Below are positions 39,367 to 48,309 of a stretch of 64,000 nucleotides of DNA, piece by piece. The notes under the pieces are model-generated. The model made no database searches and was not told the origin of the DNA. It saw only the letters and a program-made list of their open reading frames with translations. Source of the DNA: Candidatus Saccharimonadota bacterium (GTDB lineage Bacteria > Patescibacteriota > Saccharimonadia > Saccharimonadales > JAGQNJ01); the NCBI GenBank assembly GCA_036826295.1, contig DAISWO010000002.1, forward strand, positions 13,963 through 77,962. The letters are read 5' to 3'. A program made the translations under genes and the position numbers. Numbering within the stretch: the first letter of the stretch is position 1; each line of letters starts with the position of its first letter.

Positions 39367-39894
39367 GTGAGTAATAGAATATTACAAATAGGCGTCATTG
39401 GGTCAATGGCAGACCTGAACTATTCAGCGAATCTAGTAAAGCTAGCTCAAGAAGTGGGAGCTCAGATAGCTAAAGCAGGCTACACACTCGTGTTTGGTGC
39501 CGAAAAGGACTTCGATTCCCTGTCTACAATTGCTGCCCGATCGGCTGTAGTAGCAGGAGGTGTTACTGTGGGTGTAACGTACGACAAGGGCTTACGGGTT
39601 TTTGATCCAAATAGTGCAACTATAATTATTGCTACAGGTTTAGTTCGTGGGGGTGGCCGTGAAATGGTACAGTCTTTGAGTTGTGATGGCATTATAGCTA
39701 TTAGCGGTGGATCTGGAACTTTGAATGAGCTAGCTGTCGCCTACCAGGCGAGCATCCCAGCGGTAGTTCTTGGTAAAACTGGATGGTCAGGAAAACTTAT
39801 TGGAACGTATCTTGATGGTCGAAAACGATATAAGTATGAATCGGCATCAACCGCAACAGATGCGCTCACTAAATTGTTAAAAATGGTAAACTAG
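39367..39894 (+). CDS. LOG/TIGR00725-like Rossmann-fold protein (second paralog)
   Basis: GGSGTLNE matches the LOG PGGxGTxxE motif. GTG start with AGGAG 6 nt upstream. Confidence 0.65.
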   Translation: MSNRILQIGVIGSMADLNYSANLVKLAQEVGAQIAKAGYTLVFGAEKDFDSLSTIAARSAVVAGGVTVGVTYDKGLRVFDPNSATIIIATGLVRGGGREMVQSLSCDGIIAISGGSGTLNELAVAYQASIPAVVLGKTGWSGKLIGTYLDGRKRYKYESASTATDALTKLLKMVN

Positions 39895-39902
39895 GAGGAA
39901 AT

Positions 39903-41141
39903 ATGAAACTTTCAACACAGCCCTACAAAGGAACAAGAGATTTTTACCCAGAGGATATGCGTGTGCGCAAATGGATGTTTGATAAATGGCGACAGGCCTG
40001 TGAATCGTTTGGGTATGAGGAATATGACGGACCAATTTTGGAGCCGTTAGAGCTTTTTGCGTCAAAAACTAGTGACGAGATCGTAAACGAGCAGACCTAT
40101 AGTTTTACTGACAGAGGAGACCGCAAAGTAGTCATGCGCCCAGAGATGACGCCTACGGTGTCACGAATGGTGGCTGCAAAACGTCAGGAGCTTGGCTATC
40201 CTCTTCGTTTGTACAGTATTCCTAATTGTTTTCGTTATGAACGTCCGCAAAAAGGTCGCTTGCGAGAGTTTTGGCAACTAAACGCAGATATCTTTGGCGT
40301 TATTGGTACTGAAGCTGATATTGAAGTGATTATGCTAGCTGATGCAATCATGAAATTATTTGGTGCAAAACCGGACCAATATCAGATACAAATCAGTAGT
40401 CGAAAAATAGTTCAAGACATTTTTGACGAATTAAATCTTTTGGACGATCAAAGAAAAGACATCGTTACGCTGATAGATAAAAAAGAAAAAATCGAAAAAC
40501 AAGAATGGGAGAATCTGTTCTACGAAGTTCTCGAGAAAAATACCGCCGACAAAATACTAGAGTTTTTGCGAAAAGACGAAACGCCAGTAAATGCCAATAA
40601 AGTGATACAAGAGCTAAAACAGCGCGGTATTAAAAACGTTGTCTTTAATAGGTATTTAGCACGCGGCTTTGAGTACTATACAGACATAGTTTTCGAGGTA
40701 TTTGATACCAATTCTGAGAATAATCGATCGATGTTTGGCGGAGGTCGGTATGACGGGCTTGTAGGTCAGTTTGGTGTAGAGCCAGTGCCTACGGTTGGTT
40801 TCGGAATGGGTGACGCGACCCTTCAAAACTTTTTGGAGAGTAATAACTTAATACCAGAATTAAACACCCAGACTAATATTTACATCGCTACAATTGGAGA
40901 CGCGGTGTTTGGTGCACAAGATGTCGCTCAAGAACTTCGTAACAAGGGAATGAATGTCGCGATTGATCTATCAGGCAAAAAACTTGATAAACAGATAAAA
41001 ACAGCTGACAAAAAGGGAGTAAAAAACGTACTTTTTGTGGGTGAAGAGGAACTAAAAACACAGAAATATAAACTCAAGAACCTAGAGACTGGCGATGAAC
41101 AGACGCTTTCAGTGAAAGAAATTGCCGAGAAACTTAGTTAA
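39903..41141 (+). CDS. hisS: histidine--tRNA ligase
   Basis: Class II motifs (FRYERPQKGRLREFWQ, GGGRYD) and an anticodon-binding C-terminal domain. Confidence 0.93.
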   Translation: MKLSTQPYKGTRDFYPEDMRVRKWMFDKWRQACESFGYEEYDGPILEPLELFASKTSDEIVNEQTYSFTDRGDRKVVMRPEMTPTVSRMVAAKRQELGYPLRLYSIPNCFRYERPQKGRLREFWQLNADIFGVIGTEADIEVIMLADAIMKLFGAKPDQYQIQISSRKIVQDIFDELNLLDDQRKDIVTLIDKKEKIEKQEWENLFYEVLEKNTADKILEFLRKDETPVNANKVIQELKQRGIKNVVFNRYLARGFEYYTDIVFEVFDTNSENNRSMFGGGRYDGLVGQFGVEPVPTVGFGMGDATLQNFLESNNLIPELNTQTNIYIATIGDAVFGAQDVAQELRNKGMNVAIDLSGKKLDKQIKTADKKGVKNVLFVGEEELKTQKYKLKNLETGDEQTLSVKEIAEKLS

Positions 41142-41596
41142 TGCGAGCAATAAATCATGCGCTAACTGGATCGATTATTGGGTTCAGCGTCGGTAATCCT
41201 ATCGCTATTCCGATCGCTTTTGCATCACATTTTGTACTGGATAGTCTGCCGCATTATGGCGACAGGAGTCGATCAGAAGTCGAGGTGCACAACAGTAAAG
41301 AGTTCAAAATACTCCTGATAGTCGATGCTTTTCTGTGCGGATTGCTTGTGATTATCCTTGGGATTAACGGTGTGACTGACTGGCAGTTAGCAGCACTTTG
41401 CGCGTTCGCAGGAGCGTCGCCAGATCTGTTTTCTGTCCCACGATTTAAGCGATCAATTACTGAAAAGAAGGAATACGTCGGAAACGCTTTTCAGAGATTC
41501 CACAAAAAGATCCAATGGGGCGAAAAACCATGGGGTAAGTATGTTGAAATTGTCTGGTTCATTGCATCGGTTGTAATACTGGCAATAATTATCTGA
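41141..41596 (+). CDS. membrane protein, YdjM/DUF457-like putative metal-dependent hydrolase
   Basis: N-terminal HALTG...SHFVLDSLPH pattern and several TM helices. TAATG overlap with hisS. Confidence 0.45.
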   Translation: MRAINHALTGSIIGFSVGNPIAIPIAFASHFVLDSLPHYGDRSRSEVEVHNSKEFKILLIVDAFLCGLLVIILGINGVTDWQLAALCAFAGASPDLFSVPRFKRSITEKKEYVGNAFQRFHKKIQWGEKPWGKYVEIVWFIASVVILAIII

Positions 41597-41616
41597 ATCT
41601 GTTAACATAGCAAACC

Positions 41617-42897
41617 ATGCAAGTAAAACGACAAAATATCACTGATACAAAATTAACACTGACGGTTTCGGCTGATCCTAAAGATCTGCAGACAATTAAA
41701 CAGATTACGCTTGAAAGACTGCGATCAACTGTCAAGCTTCCAGGTTTTCGTGAAGGTAAAGTCCCTATCAATCTAGTCGAGAAAAATGTTGATCAGCAGA
41801 CTTTGCAGACAGAATTTATGGATGAAGCCCTAAATCAGTTGTATCCGCAGGCTGCGAAAAACGAGAAGATTCGACCTGTCGATAGACCAAAGATATCTAT
41901 AAAAAAGTTTGTACCATATACAGACTTAGAATTCGAAGCAGAAGTTGAGATATTAGGACCAATAAAACTTGCTAATTACAAAACCATAAAAAAACCTCTT
42001 AAGAAGGTTGCTGTTACGGAAAAAGAAGTAGATGATGTGTTGGATAATTTAGCTGTCAGGCAATCTAAAAAAACTGAAGTCTCGCGATCAGCAAAGGACT
42101 CTGATGAAGTTTGGATAGATTTTAGTGGAGTCGACTCAAAAAACCAGTCTATTCCTGGGGCAGACGGTAAGGACTATCCGTTAGTCCTCGGTAGTAAAAC
42201 GTTTATTCCTGGTTTTGAAGAAAAGTTGGTTGGTAAAAAAGCTAAAGATGAAGTCGCATTTACACTGACGTTTCCTAAAGACTACGGTGCAAAAAAGCTT
42301 GCCGGTCAAAAAGTTACATTTACAGTGATCGTTAAAAAAGTCGAAGAAGTCACAAAACCAAAAATAGATGATGATTTCGCAAAGAATGCCGGACCATTTA
42401 AAAACCTAGCAGGGCTAAGATCTGATATTAAAGCTCAGCTGTTGGCAGAAAAGCAAAAACAAGCGTTGCAACAACAAGAATCAGATATTATTCGTGAAGT
42501 TACTGAAAAATCAACTGTATCTATTCCAGATTCACTTGTTACTGATCAAGTCGAACGACTGCTTCAAGATTTTAAACAAGATCTTACTTATCGTGGTTTA
42601 ACCTATCCAGAGTTTTTAAAACAAGAAGGTTTTACTGAAGAATCTTATAAAGAAAAAGTATTACTTCCCGAAGCCAAGAACAGAGTTAAAGCAGGATTAG
42701 TACTGGCCGAAATTGCTGAAAAAGAAAGTATCAGTGTGTCGTCTGACGAGGTTGACACTAGGATCCAGACATTAAAAGCTCAATATACTGATCCAAAAAT
42801 GCACGAAGAACTAGATAAAGAAGATTCAAAACGAGATATTTCGTCTCGATTAATGACTGAAAAAACCATCAACCAATTAGTTAGCTACTCAAAGTAA
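41617..42897 (+). CDS. tig: trigger factor
   Basis: N-terminal ribosome-binding motif GFREGKVP, a central FKBP-like domain and a C-terminal arm domain. Confidence 0.9.
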   Translation: MQVKRQNITDTKLTLTVSADPKDLQTIKQITLERLRSTVKLPGFREGKVPINLVEKNVDQQTLQTEFMDEALNQLYPQAAKNEKIRPVDRPKISIKKFVPYTDLEFEAEVEILGPIKLANYKTIKKPLKKVAVTEKEVDDVLDNLAVRQSKKTEVSRSAKDSDEVWIDFSGVDSKNQSIPGADGKDYPLVLGSKTFIPGFEEKLVGKKAKDEVAFTLTFPKDYGAKKLAGQKVTFTVIVKKVEEVTKPKIDDDFAKNAGPFKNLAGLRSDIKAQLLAEKQKQALQQQESDIIREVTEKSTVSIPDSLVTDQVERLLQDFKQDLTYRGLTYPEFLKQEGFTEESYKEKVLLPEAKNRVKAGLVLAEIAEKESISVSSDEVDTRIQTLKAQYTDPKMHEELDKEDSKRDISSRLMTEKTINQLVSYSK

Positions 42898-42900
42898 CTA

Positions 42901-42929
42901 TTGACAAACCCATACAGAGCTTATACAAT
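42901..42929 (+). promoter_or_regulatory. near-consensus promoter (TTGACA-17-TACAAT) with the ATG 6 nt downstream (leaderless)
   Basis: Hexamers at 42901-42906 and 42924-42929. The ATG is at 42936 and no SD is present. Confidence 0.6.
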
Positions 42930-42935
42930 AGTTTT

Positions 42936-43313
42936 ATGTCAGATAATCCCGAATTAAACTTTGAAGATGTTCGTTCAAACACAGATTTAGTGTCTCTAGG
43001 TGTTGAGCTCGAAAGAAGATATCCTGAGCTTGAACTTGGGATTCTCGCAGTTATGTCAAGATACGTAGAGACGCAAAGAGGTCCGAACGATATTGATAAC
43101 GCAGTTAATGGTTTCAGGAGTCTGGTTATGAGCGGCGTTAATCATGTCGAAACGATCGAGCAAGAAGTACAGCCTCACCACAGTTTACTTACTCCATCTA
43201 CTTATAAACGACTCGAAAGGCAAGGAGTTCTACCTGATCATAGGGTTGATGTATCGAGGTCTTCAAAGCCGGATTATGGGATCATTGGTAGAATGCTAGC
43301 CCGTATAAACTAG
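42936..43313 (+). CDS. hypothetical protein, 125 aa, acidic
   Basis: ORF with its own consensus promoter. Its stop codon lies inside the clpP CIRCE element. Confidence 0.5.
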   Translation: MSDNPELNFEDVRSNTDLVSLGVELERRYPELELGILAVMSRYVETQRGPNDIDNAVNGFRSLVMSGVNHVETIEQEVQPHHSLLTPSTYKRLERQGVLPDHRVDVSRSSKPDYGIIGRMLARIN

Positions 43314-43336
43314 CACTCTTGACGTTAGAGTGCCAA
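43310..43336 (+). promoter_or_regulatory. CIRCE-like (HrcA-operator) element upstream of clpP
   Basis: CTAGCACTC-N9-GAGTGCCAA matches the consensus at 16 of 18 positions. The spacer contains TTGACG as a likely -35. Confidence 0.7.
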
Positions 43337-43377
43337 ATCATATATTATAAAAAGTGATAATTAATGGAGTGTTTTTT

Positions 43378-43977
43378 ATGTCGACAAGTTCAAGTTCAGT
43401 ATTAATCCCGACGGTAATTGAGTCCGATGGTCGCGTAGAGCGAGCATATGATATTTATTCTAGGTTATTAAAAGATAGAATTATCTTCTTAGGTACAGAC
43501 GTCAATGAACATACGGCAAACCTTATTGTCGCACAGCTGTTGTTCTTAGAGTCGGAAGATCCTAAAAAGGATATAAAACTATATATTAATAGCCCAGGTG
43601 GAAGTGTTTATGATGCACTAGCAATTTACGACACTATGAATTTTGTGAAGAACGACATCGAGACAGTTGGTATTGGTATTCAGGCCAGTGCAGCAGCGTT
43701 CTTACTAAGTTCTGGCACTAAAGGTAAACGATTTCTGCTAAAAAACGCAACAGCCATGATCCATCAACCTTCAGCAGGTACTCGTGGCAAGGTTACTGAT
43801 ATGGAGATTGATCTTAAAGAAGGCATCAGAATCAAGCATAAACTGAACGAAATTATGGCGAAGAACACTGGTAAACCTATAAAACAAATAGAAAAAGACA
43901 TGGATAGAGATTACTGGATGACTTCGGACGAAGCCGTTAAATACGGTCTAGCAGACAAAGTTATCACTAACCGTTAG
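43378..43977 (+). CDS. clpP: ATP-dependent Clp protease proteolytic subunit
   Basis: The Ser ([11 protein letters not shown]), His (MIHQP) and Asp (DRDYWM) triad context. The ATG at 43378 has GGAG 9 nt upstream and is preferred over the GTG at 43354. Confidence 0.95.
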   Translation: MSTSSSSVLIPTVIESDGRVERAYDIYSRLLKDRIIFLGTDVNEHTANLIVAQLLFLESEDPKKDIKLYINSPGGSVYDALAIYDTMNFVKNDIETVGIGIQASAAAFLLSSGTKGKRFLLKNATAMIHQPSAGTRGKVTDMEIDLKEGIRIKHKLNEIMAKNTGKPIKQIEKDMDRDYWMTSDEAVKYGLADKVITNR

Positions 43978-44015
43978 TACTTGTTGTTGATAATATATAG
44001 GAATATGATATCAAT

Positions 44016-44606
44016 ATGGCAAAATTAGAAGCGTTTTCCCTACATAGAGTATTACCACAAGGACATGATGCATATAGGTTTGTATCTAGACGTTCGTTCG
44101 AAATGCAAAGAAGTTCGGCTAATACATACGATCGATATAGGTCTTTCCCTCGTGCAGTTAAGAATATTGCTAGATTAGCCACTAGTTCGGAAATTGATGC
44201 ATATATAGTACGAGAAGATGGACGTAATCGTATGGTAGGTTTTGCCTCAATTATTCCAAATGTGACTGTTCGTGCTGCAGATGGAAAAGAGTATACTGGA
44301 TCCGACCTGGACTATCTCTTAGATGACCGAGTGCCGGAGATTATGCATGAGAGCGTCGCGAAAGCACTAATTGGACAGAATACACGAATTGCACAAAGAG
44401 ACCCGAGCTTCAACCCCATCGATACGCAACATATTTTGGTTGTTAACAGTAGTCCTAGTGAAGATCGTTCGGGCATTTTAAATCGCGGATTATTAGATAT
44501 AGTTCCACCTGTTACGGGAATTACTCAGTTGACACCAGTAGATAATAGAGCTATATCTGCAGAAGTTGCTAGACTAGGTGAAGATGTTATCCTTCATCAC
44601 TGGTAA
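44016..44606 (+). CDS. hypothetical protein, 196 aa
   Basis: TTGTTG-17-TATGAT promoter with the ATG 6 nt after the -10. No motif recognised. Confidence 0.5.
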   Translation: MAKLEAFSLHRVLPQGHDAYRFVSRRSFEMQRSSANTYDRYRSFPRAVKNIARLATSSEIDAYIVREDGRNRMVGFASIIPNVTVRAADGKEYTGSDLDYLLDDRVPEIMHESVAKALIGQNTRIAQRDPSFNPIDTQHILVVNSSPSEDRSGILNRGLLDIVPPVTGITQLTPVDNRAISAEVARLGEDVILHHW

Positions 44607-44769
44607 AATATTGAATATTTACTTGACATATCGTTAAAGTTAGATAAACTGTTGTTTAAGAAGTAGGGTAAGCGGGCCTTGCTATGATTTATCAAAAAAT
44701 TGTGTGAGCTACCCCTTAGAGATCTTCGTTCAAAATCAATCTAACAGATTCAAGGAGAACTTGCTCTAT

Positions 44770-47700
44770 ATGGCAAAGTCGCTAACGCTCACGTCTGGTA
44801 AACGGCAATATTTCACAAAAACAGAAAACATCTTAGATCTACCAAATTTAGTCGACCACCAAAACAAATCTTTTCAATGGTTCATCGAAGAAGGACTAGG
44901 TGAACTATTAGCCGAAGTTAGTCCAATCGAAGACTACACAGGTACAAAATTATCACTTAGTTTTAAAGACTATCGGTTTGAAAAACCTAAATTAACCGAG
45001 CAAGAAGCACGAGAGAACAACGTTAGTTTTGACGCGCCGCTTAAAGCGACAGTCGTTCTTACTAATAAAGTCACTGGCGAAGTTAAAAAACAAGAAATTT
45101 ATCTCGGTGATTATCCATGCATGACATCACGGGGAACTTTTGTTATTAATGGTGCAGAACGTGTAGTAGTAAGCCAGCTAATTCGATCAGCAGGCGTTTT
45201 CTTTACCTCTGAACAAAGTGTCGGTAAAAAAATCTACGGCGCCAAAGTCATCCCAGGAAGAGGAGCATGGTTAGAGTTTGAAACATCCGCAAAAGGTGCA
45301 ATGTTCGTAAAGATTGACCGAAAACGAAAGATCCCTGTCACTACTCTCCTGCGAGCTCTAGGTGTATCTGATGCCAAGATGAAAGAAGAGTTTGCTCACG
45401 TCGATCAAGGCAAAGAAAGCTACATTGATATGACGCTTGATAAAGATCCTGCTAGGGGAACTAACGAAGCTTTAATTGAAGTCTATCGGCGCTTGCGACC
45501 GGGAGATCTTGCTACGGTTGATAACGCTCGAAGTTTGCTTGAAAACATGTTTTATAACTTTAAACGATTTGATTTTAGCCGTGTTGGTAGATACAAGATA
45601 AACAAACGACTAGACATTGACCTGCCAAATACTATCGAAAACCGAGTTATGCGCTTAGAAGACCTAATCGCTATCATTGCGGAAATTATTAGACTAAACA
45701 ATACTCAAGAACCTGCCGATGACATTGACTCGCTTGCAAATAGGCGAGTCAAATTAGTTGGAGAGCTTGTTCAACGTCAGTTCCGTATCGGATTACTTCG
45801 AATGGAGAGAAACACTAAAGACCGAATGTCGATGAGTGAAATCGAGACAGTTACACCAGGCCAGCTAATTAATGCTCGTCCAGTCGTTGCCGCGGTTAGA
45901 GAATTCTTTGCTAGCTCGCAGCTGTCTCAGTTCATGGATCAAATTAATCCTCTATCTGAACTTGCTCACAAACGACGATTGAGCTCTATGGGCCCAGGTG
46001 GATTATCAAGAGAGCGAGCTGGCTTTGAGGTTAGAGATGCCCATGCTACTCACTACGGTCGTATTTGTGCTGTAGAAACCCCAGAAGGCGCAAACATTGG
46101 CCTAGTTCTAAACATGGCAACTTATGCCCGAATAAATGATTATGGATTCATTGAAACACCGTACAGGAAAGTTATTAATTCGGTGACAGCAAAGAAAGCT
46201 GCTGGACACATTGCGTCAGTAAACCTAGAGAACGAAAAAGGTACAGTAATTGTTAAGGCTGGTGATAAAATCTCGGATGCACAGGCTAAAAAGCTAGAAG
46301 CTGTAAAAAAACAGGTTACTTGGCCTGTTAAAGCCAAGATCACAGACGAAATAGTTTATCTTGACGCATTCGAGGAAGGTAAAGCAGTTATTGCAAGCTC
46401 TGGAGAAGGCTTTGATGATAATGGCTACTTTACTAACGAGCGTGTTTCAGCGCGAATCAGACTAAAAACAGGTGAAATCGACGCAGATGATGTAACCCAT
46501 ATGGATGCATCAAAAAGCCAAATTATTGGTTCGTCTGCAGGCTTGATCCCATTCATCGAGAAAAACTACGTTTATCGAAGTCTAATGGGAAGCAACCAGC
46601 AACGTCAGGCAGTACCACTTATAAATCCAGAATCTCCAATAGTTGGAACAGGCCTTGAATCAACAGTCGCCGAGAACACTGGTCAATTGATTGTAGCTGA
46701 AGAAAACGGAGAGGTTCTTAAAGCAGAAGCTGATGAAGTAGTAATAAAATACGCAAAATCTGGTAAAAAAAGCTATTATCCGCAACACTTCGTACGAAGT
46801 AACGAGGGAAGCTGTATTAACCAAAAAGTCGTAGTAAGCACTGGCGATAAAGTTAAGGCCGGCACTCCATTAGTTGAGGGGATGTCAATCCAAGGCGGAG
46901 AATTGGCGCTAGGAAAAGATCTTATCGTAGCGTTCATGCCATGGAAGGGTTATAACTTTGAAGATGCTGTGATTATTTCCAGAAAACTCGTTGAAGATGA
47001 CACGCTTACATCTATTCATATTGTTGACTTTATGACTGAAGTCAGAGAAACAAAACTTGGACCAGAAATTGTCACAAGAGATATACCAAACGTTTCCGAA
47101 GAAGCCCTAAGACACCTTGATGATGATGGAATCGTCAGAATCGGTGCTGAAGTACACCCCGGAGATATTCTAGTCGGGAAGATTACACCAAAAGGAGAAC
47201 AAGAACTTTCTAGCGAAGAAAGATTGCTTCGAGCGATATTCGGAGAAAAAGCTAAAGACGTTAGAGATACATCACAGCGAATGAGTAACGGAAAGCACGG
47301 AAAAGTTGTTGGAGTAAAGGTATTTTCTAGAGAGAACGGCCACGAACTAAAAGCCGGAGTGATTATGCAAATTCAGGTTTTTGTTGCTCAAATGCGTAAA
47401 ATTGCTGTTGGAGATAAATTGGGTGGTCGACACGGAAACAAAGGTGTAATAGCCCGAATTTTGCCTGTCGAAGACATGCCGTTCATGGAAGACGGAACAC
47501 CAGTGGACATTATTCTTAACCCACTCGGCGTCCCAAGTCGTATGAATATTGGTCAGTTATTTGAAACCCACTTAGGGATGGCTGCTCACGCCCTCGGGTT
47601 CAAGGTGGCAACACCTGCATTTAATGGAGTGCCTTTAGATAAAATTCGAAGCCTGCTGAAAGAGGCTGGCCTCCCAGAATCAGGAAAACAACAATTGTAT

Positions 47701-48309
47701 GACGGTAGAACTGGAGATCGATTTACTGAGTTAACAACAGTTGGCGCAATGTACATGATTAAACTTAACCACATGATTGTAGATAAAATTCATGCTAGGT
47801 CTACCGGACCATACACTATGGTTACGCAACAACCGCTAGGCGGAAAAGCCCAAAATGGTGGTCAGAGATTTGGAGAGATGGAAGTCTGGGCTTTGGAGGC
47901 TTACGGAGCTGCACATACCCTTCAAGAAATGCTAACAATTAAATCTGACGATGTTTACGGACGCTCAAAGGCATACGAGTCAATCATTAAGGGTACCGAA
48001 ATCGTCGGACCGAAAGTTCCAGAGAGCTTTAATGTACTCGTAAAAGAACTGCAAGGCCTTGGACTTAAAGTTGATCTATTCACTAAAGAAAAAGCAATTG
48101 ATGCCGAAGCAATATTGTCTGAAAATATAAAAGCAGAAGGAACTCACCAATCAGATATTGAAGTACCTCAACCTGAAGCGTCTGAAATTGACGTAACAGA
48201 AGATGTAAGTATCGATGAATTTGACGTGATGGATATCGATAGCAGTCTCCCGGAGGATGCTGTCAAACTGGATGCACCTATCGACGGAAAGGAGATGGAA
48301 AATGCGTAG
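44770..48309 (+). CDS. rpoB: DNA-directed RNA polymerase subunit beta
   Basis: Full-length conservation. ATG at 44770 (MAKSLTL...) is preferred over the GTG at 44704. Confidence 0.97.
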   Translation: MAKSLTLTSGKRQYFTKTENILDLPNLVDHQNKSFQWFIEEGLGELLAEVSPIEDYTGTKLSLSFKDYRFEKPKLTEQEARENNVSFDAPLKATVVLTNKVTGEVKKQEIYLGDYPCMTSRGTFVINGAERVVVSQLIRSAGVFFTSEQSVGKKIYGAKVIPGRGAWLEFETSAKGAMFVKIDRKRKIPVTTLLRALGVSDAKMKEEFAHVDQGKESYIDMTLDKDPARGTNEALIEVYRRLRPGDLATVDNARSLLENMFYNFKRFDFSRVGRYKINKRLDIDLPNTIENRVMRLEDLIAIIAEIIRLNNTQEPADDIDSLANRRVKLVGELVQRQFRIGLLRMERNTKDRMSMSEIETVTPGQLINARPVVAAVREFFASSQLSQFMDQINPLSELAHKRRLSSMGPGGLSRERAGFEVRDAHATHYGRICAVETPEGANIGLVLNMATYARINDYGFIETPYRKVINSVTAKKAAGHIASVNLENEKGTVIVKAGDKISDAQAKKLEAVKKQVTWPVKAKITDEIVYLDAFEEGKAVIASSGEGFDDNGYFTNERVSARIRLKTGEIDADDVTHMDASKSQIIGSSAGLIPFIEKNYVYRSLMGSNQQRQAVPLINPESPIVGTGLESTVAENTGQLIVAEENGEVLKAEADEVVIKYAKSGKKSYYPQHFVRSNEGSCINQKVVVSTGDKVKAGTPLVEGMSIQGGELALGKDLIVAFMPWKGYNFEDAVIISRKLVEDDTLTSIHIVDFMTEVRETKLGPEIVTRDIPNVSEEALRHLDDDGIVRIGAEVHPGDILVGKITPKGEQELSSEERLLRAIFGEKAKDVRDTSQRMSNGKHGKVVGVKVFSRENGHELKAGVIMQIQVFVAQMRKIAVGDKLGGRHGNKGVIARILPVEDMPFMEDGTPVDIILNPLGVPSRMNIGQLFETHLGMAAHALGFKVATPAFNGVPLDKIRSLLKEAGLPESGKQQLYDGRTGDRFTELTTVGAMYMIKLNHMIVDKIHARSTGPYTMVTQQPLGGKAQNGGQRFGEMEVWALEAYGAAHTLQEMLTIKSDDVYGRSKAYESIIKGTEIVGPKVPESFNVLVKELQGLGLKVDLFTKEKAIDAEAILSENIKAEGTHQSDIEVPQPEASEIDVTEDVSIDEFDVMDIDSSLPEDAVKLDAPIDGKEMENA

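Noticed and set aside
44704-44769. Upstream alternative starts for rpoB (GTG 44704), rpoC (ATG 48257), rpsC (61613), rplD (58582), clpP (GTG 43354), nusA (25211) and the methyltransferase (34801)
   Set aside because: The N-termini conserved in these families begin at the downstream ATGs, which also have better SD sites or spacing. The longer versions overlap upstream genes or add non-conserved residues.
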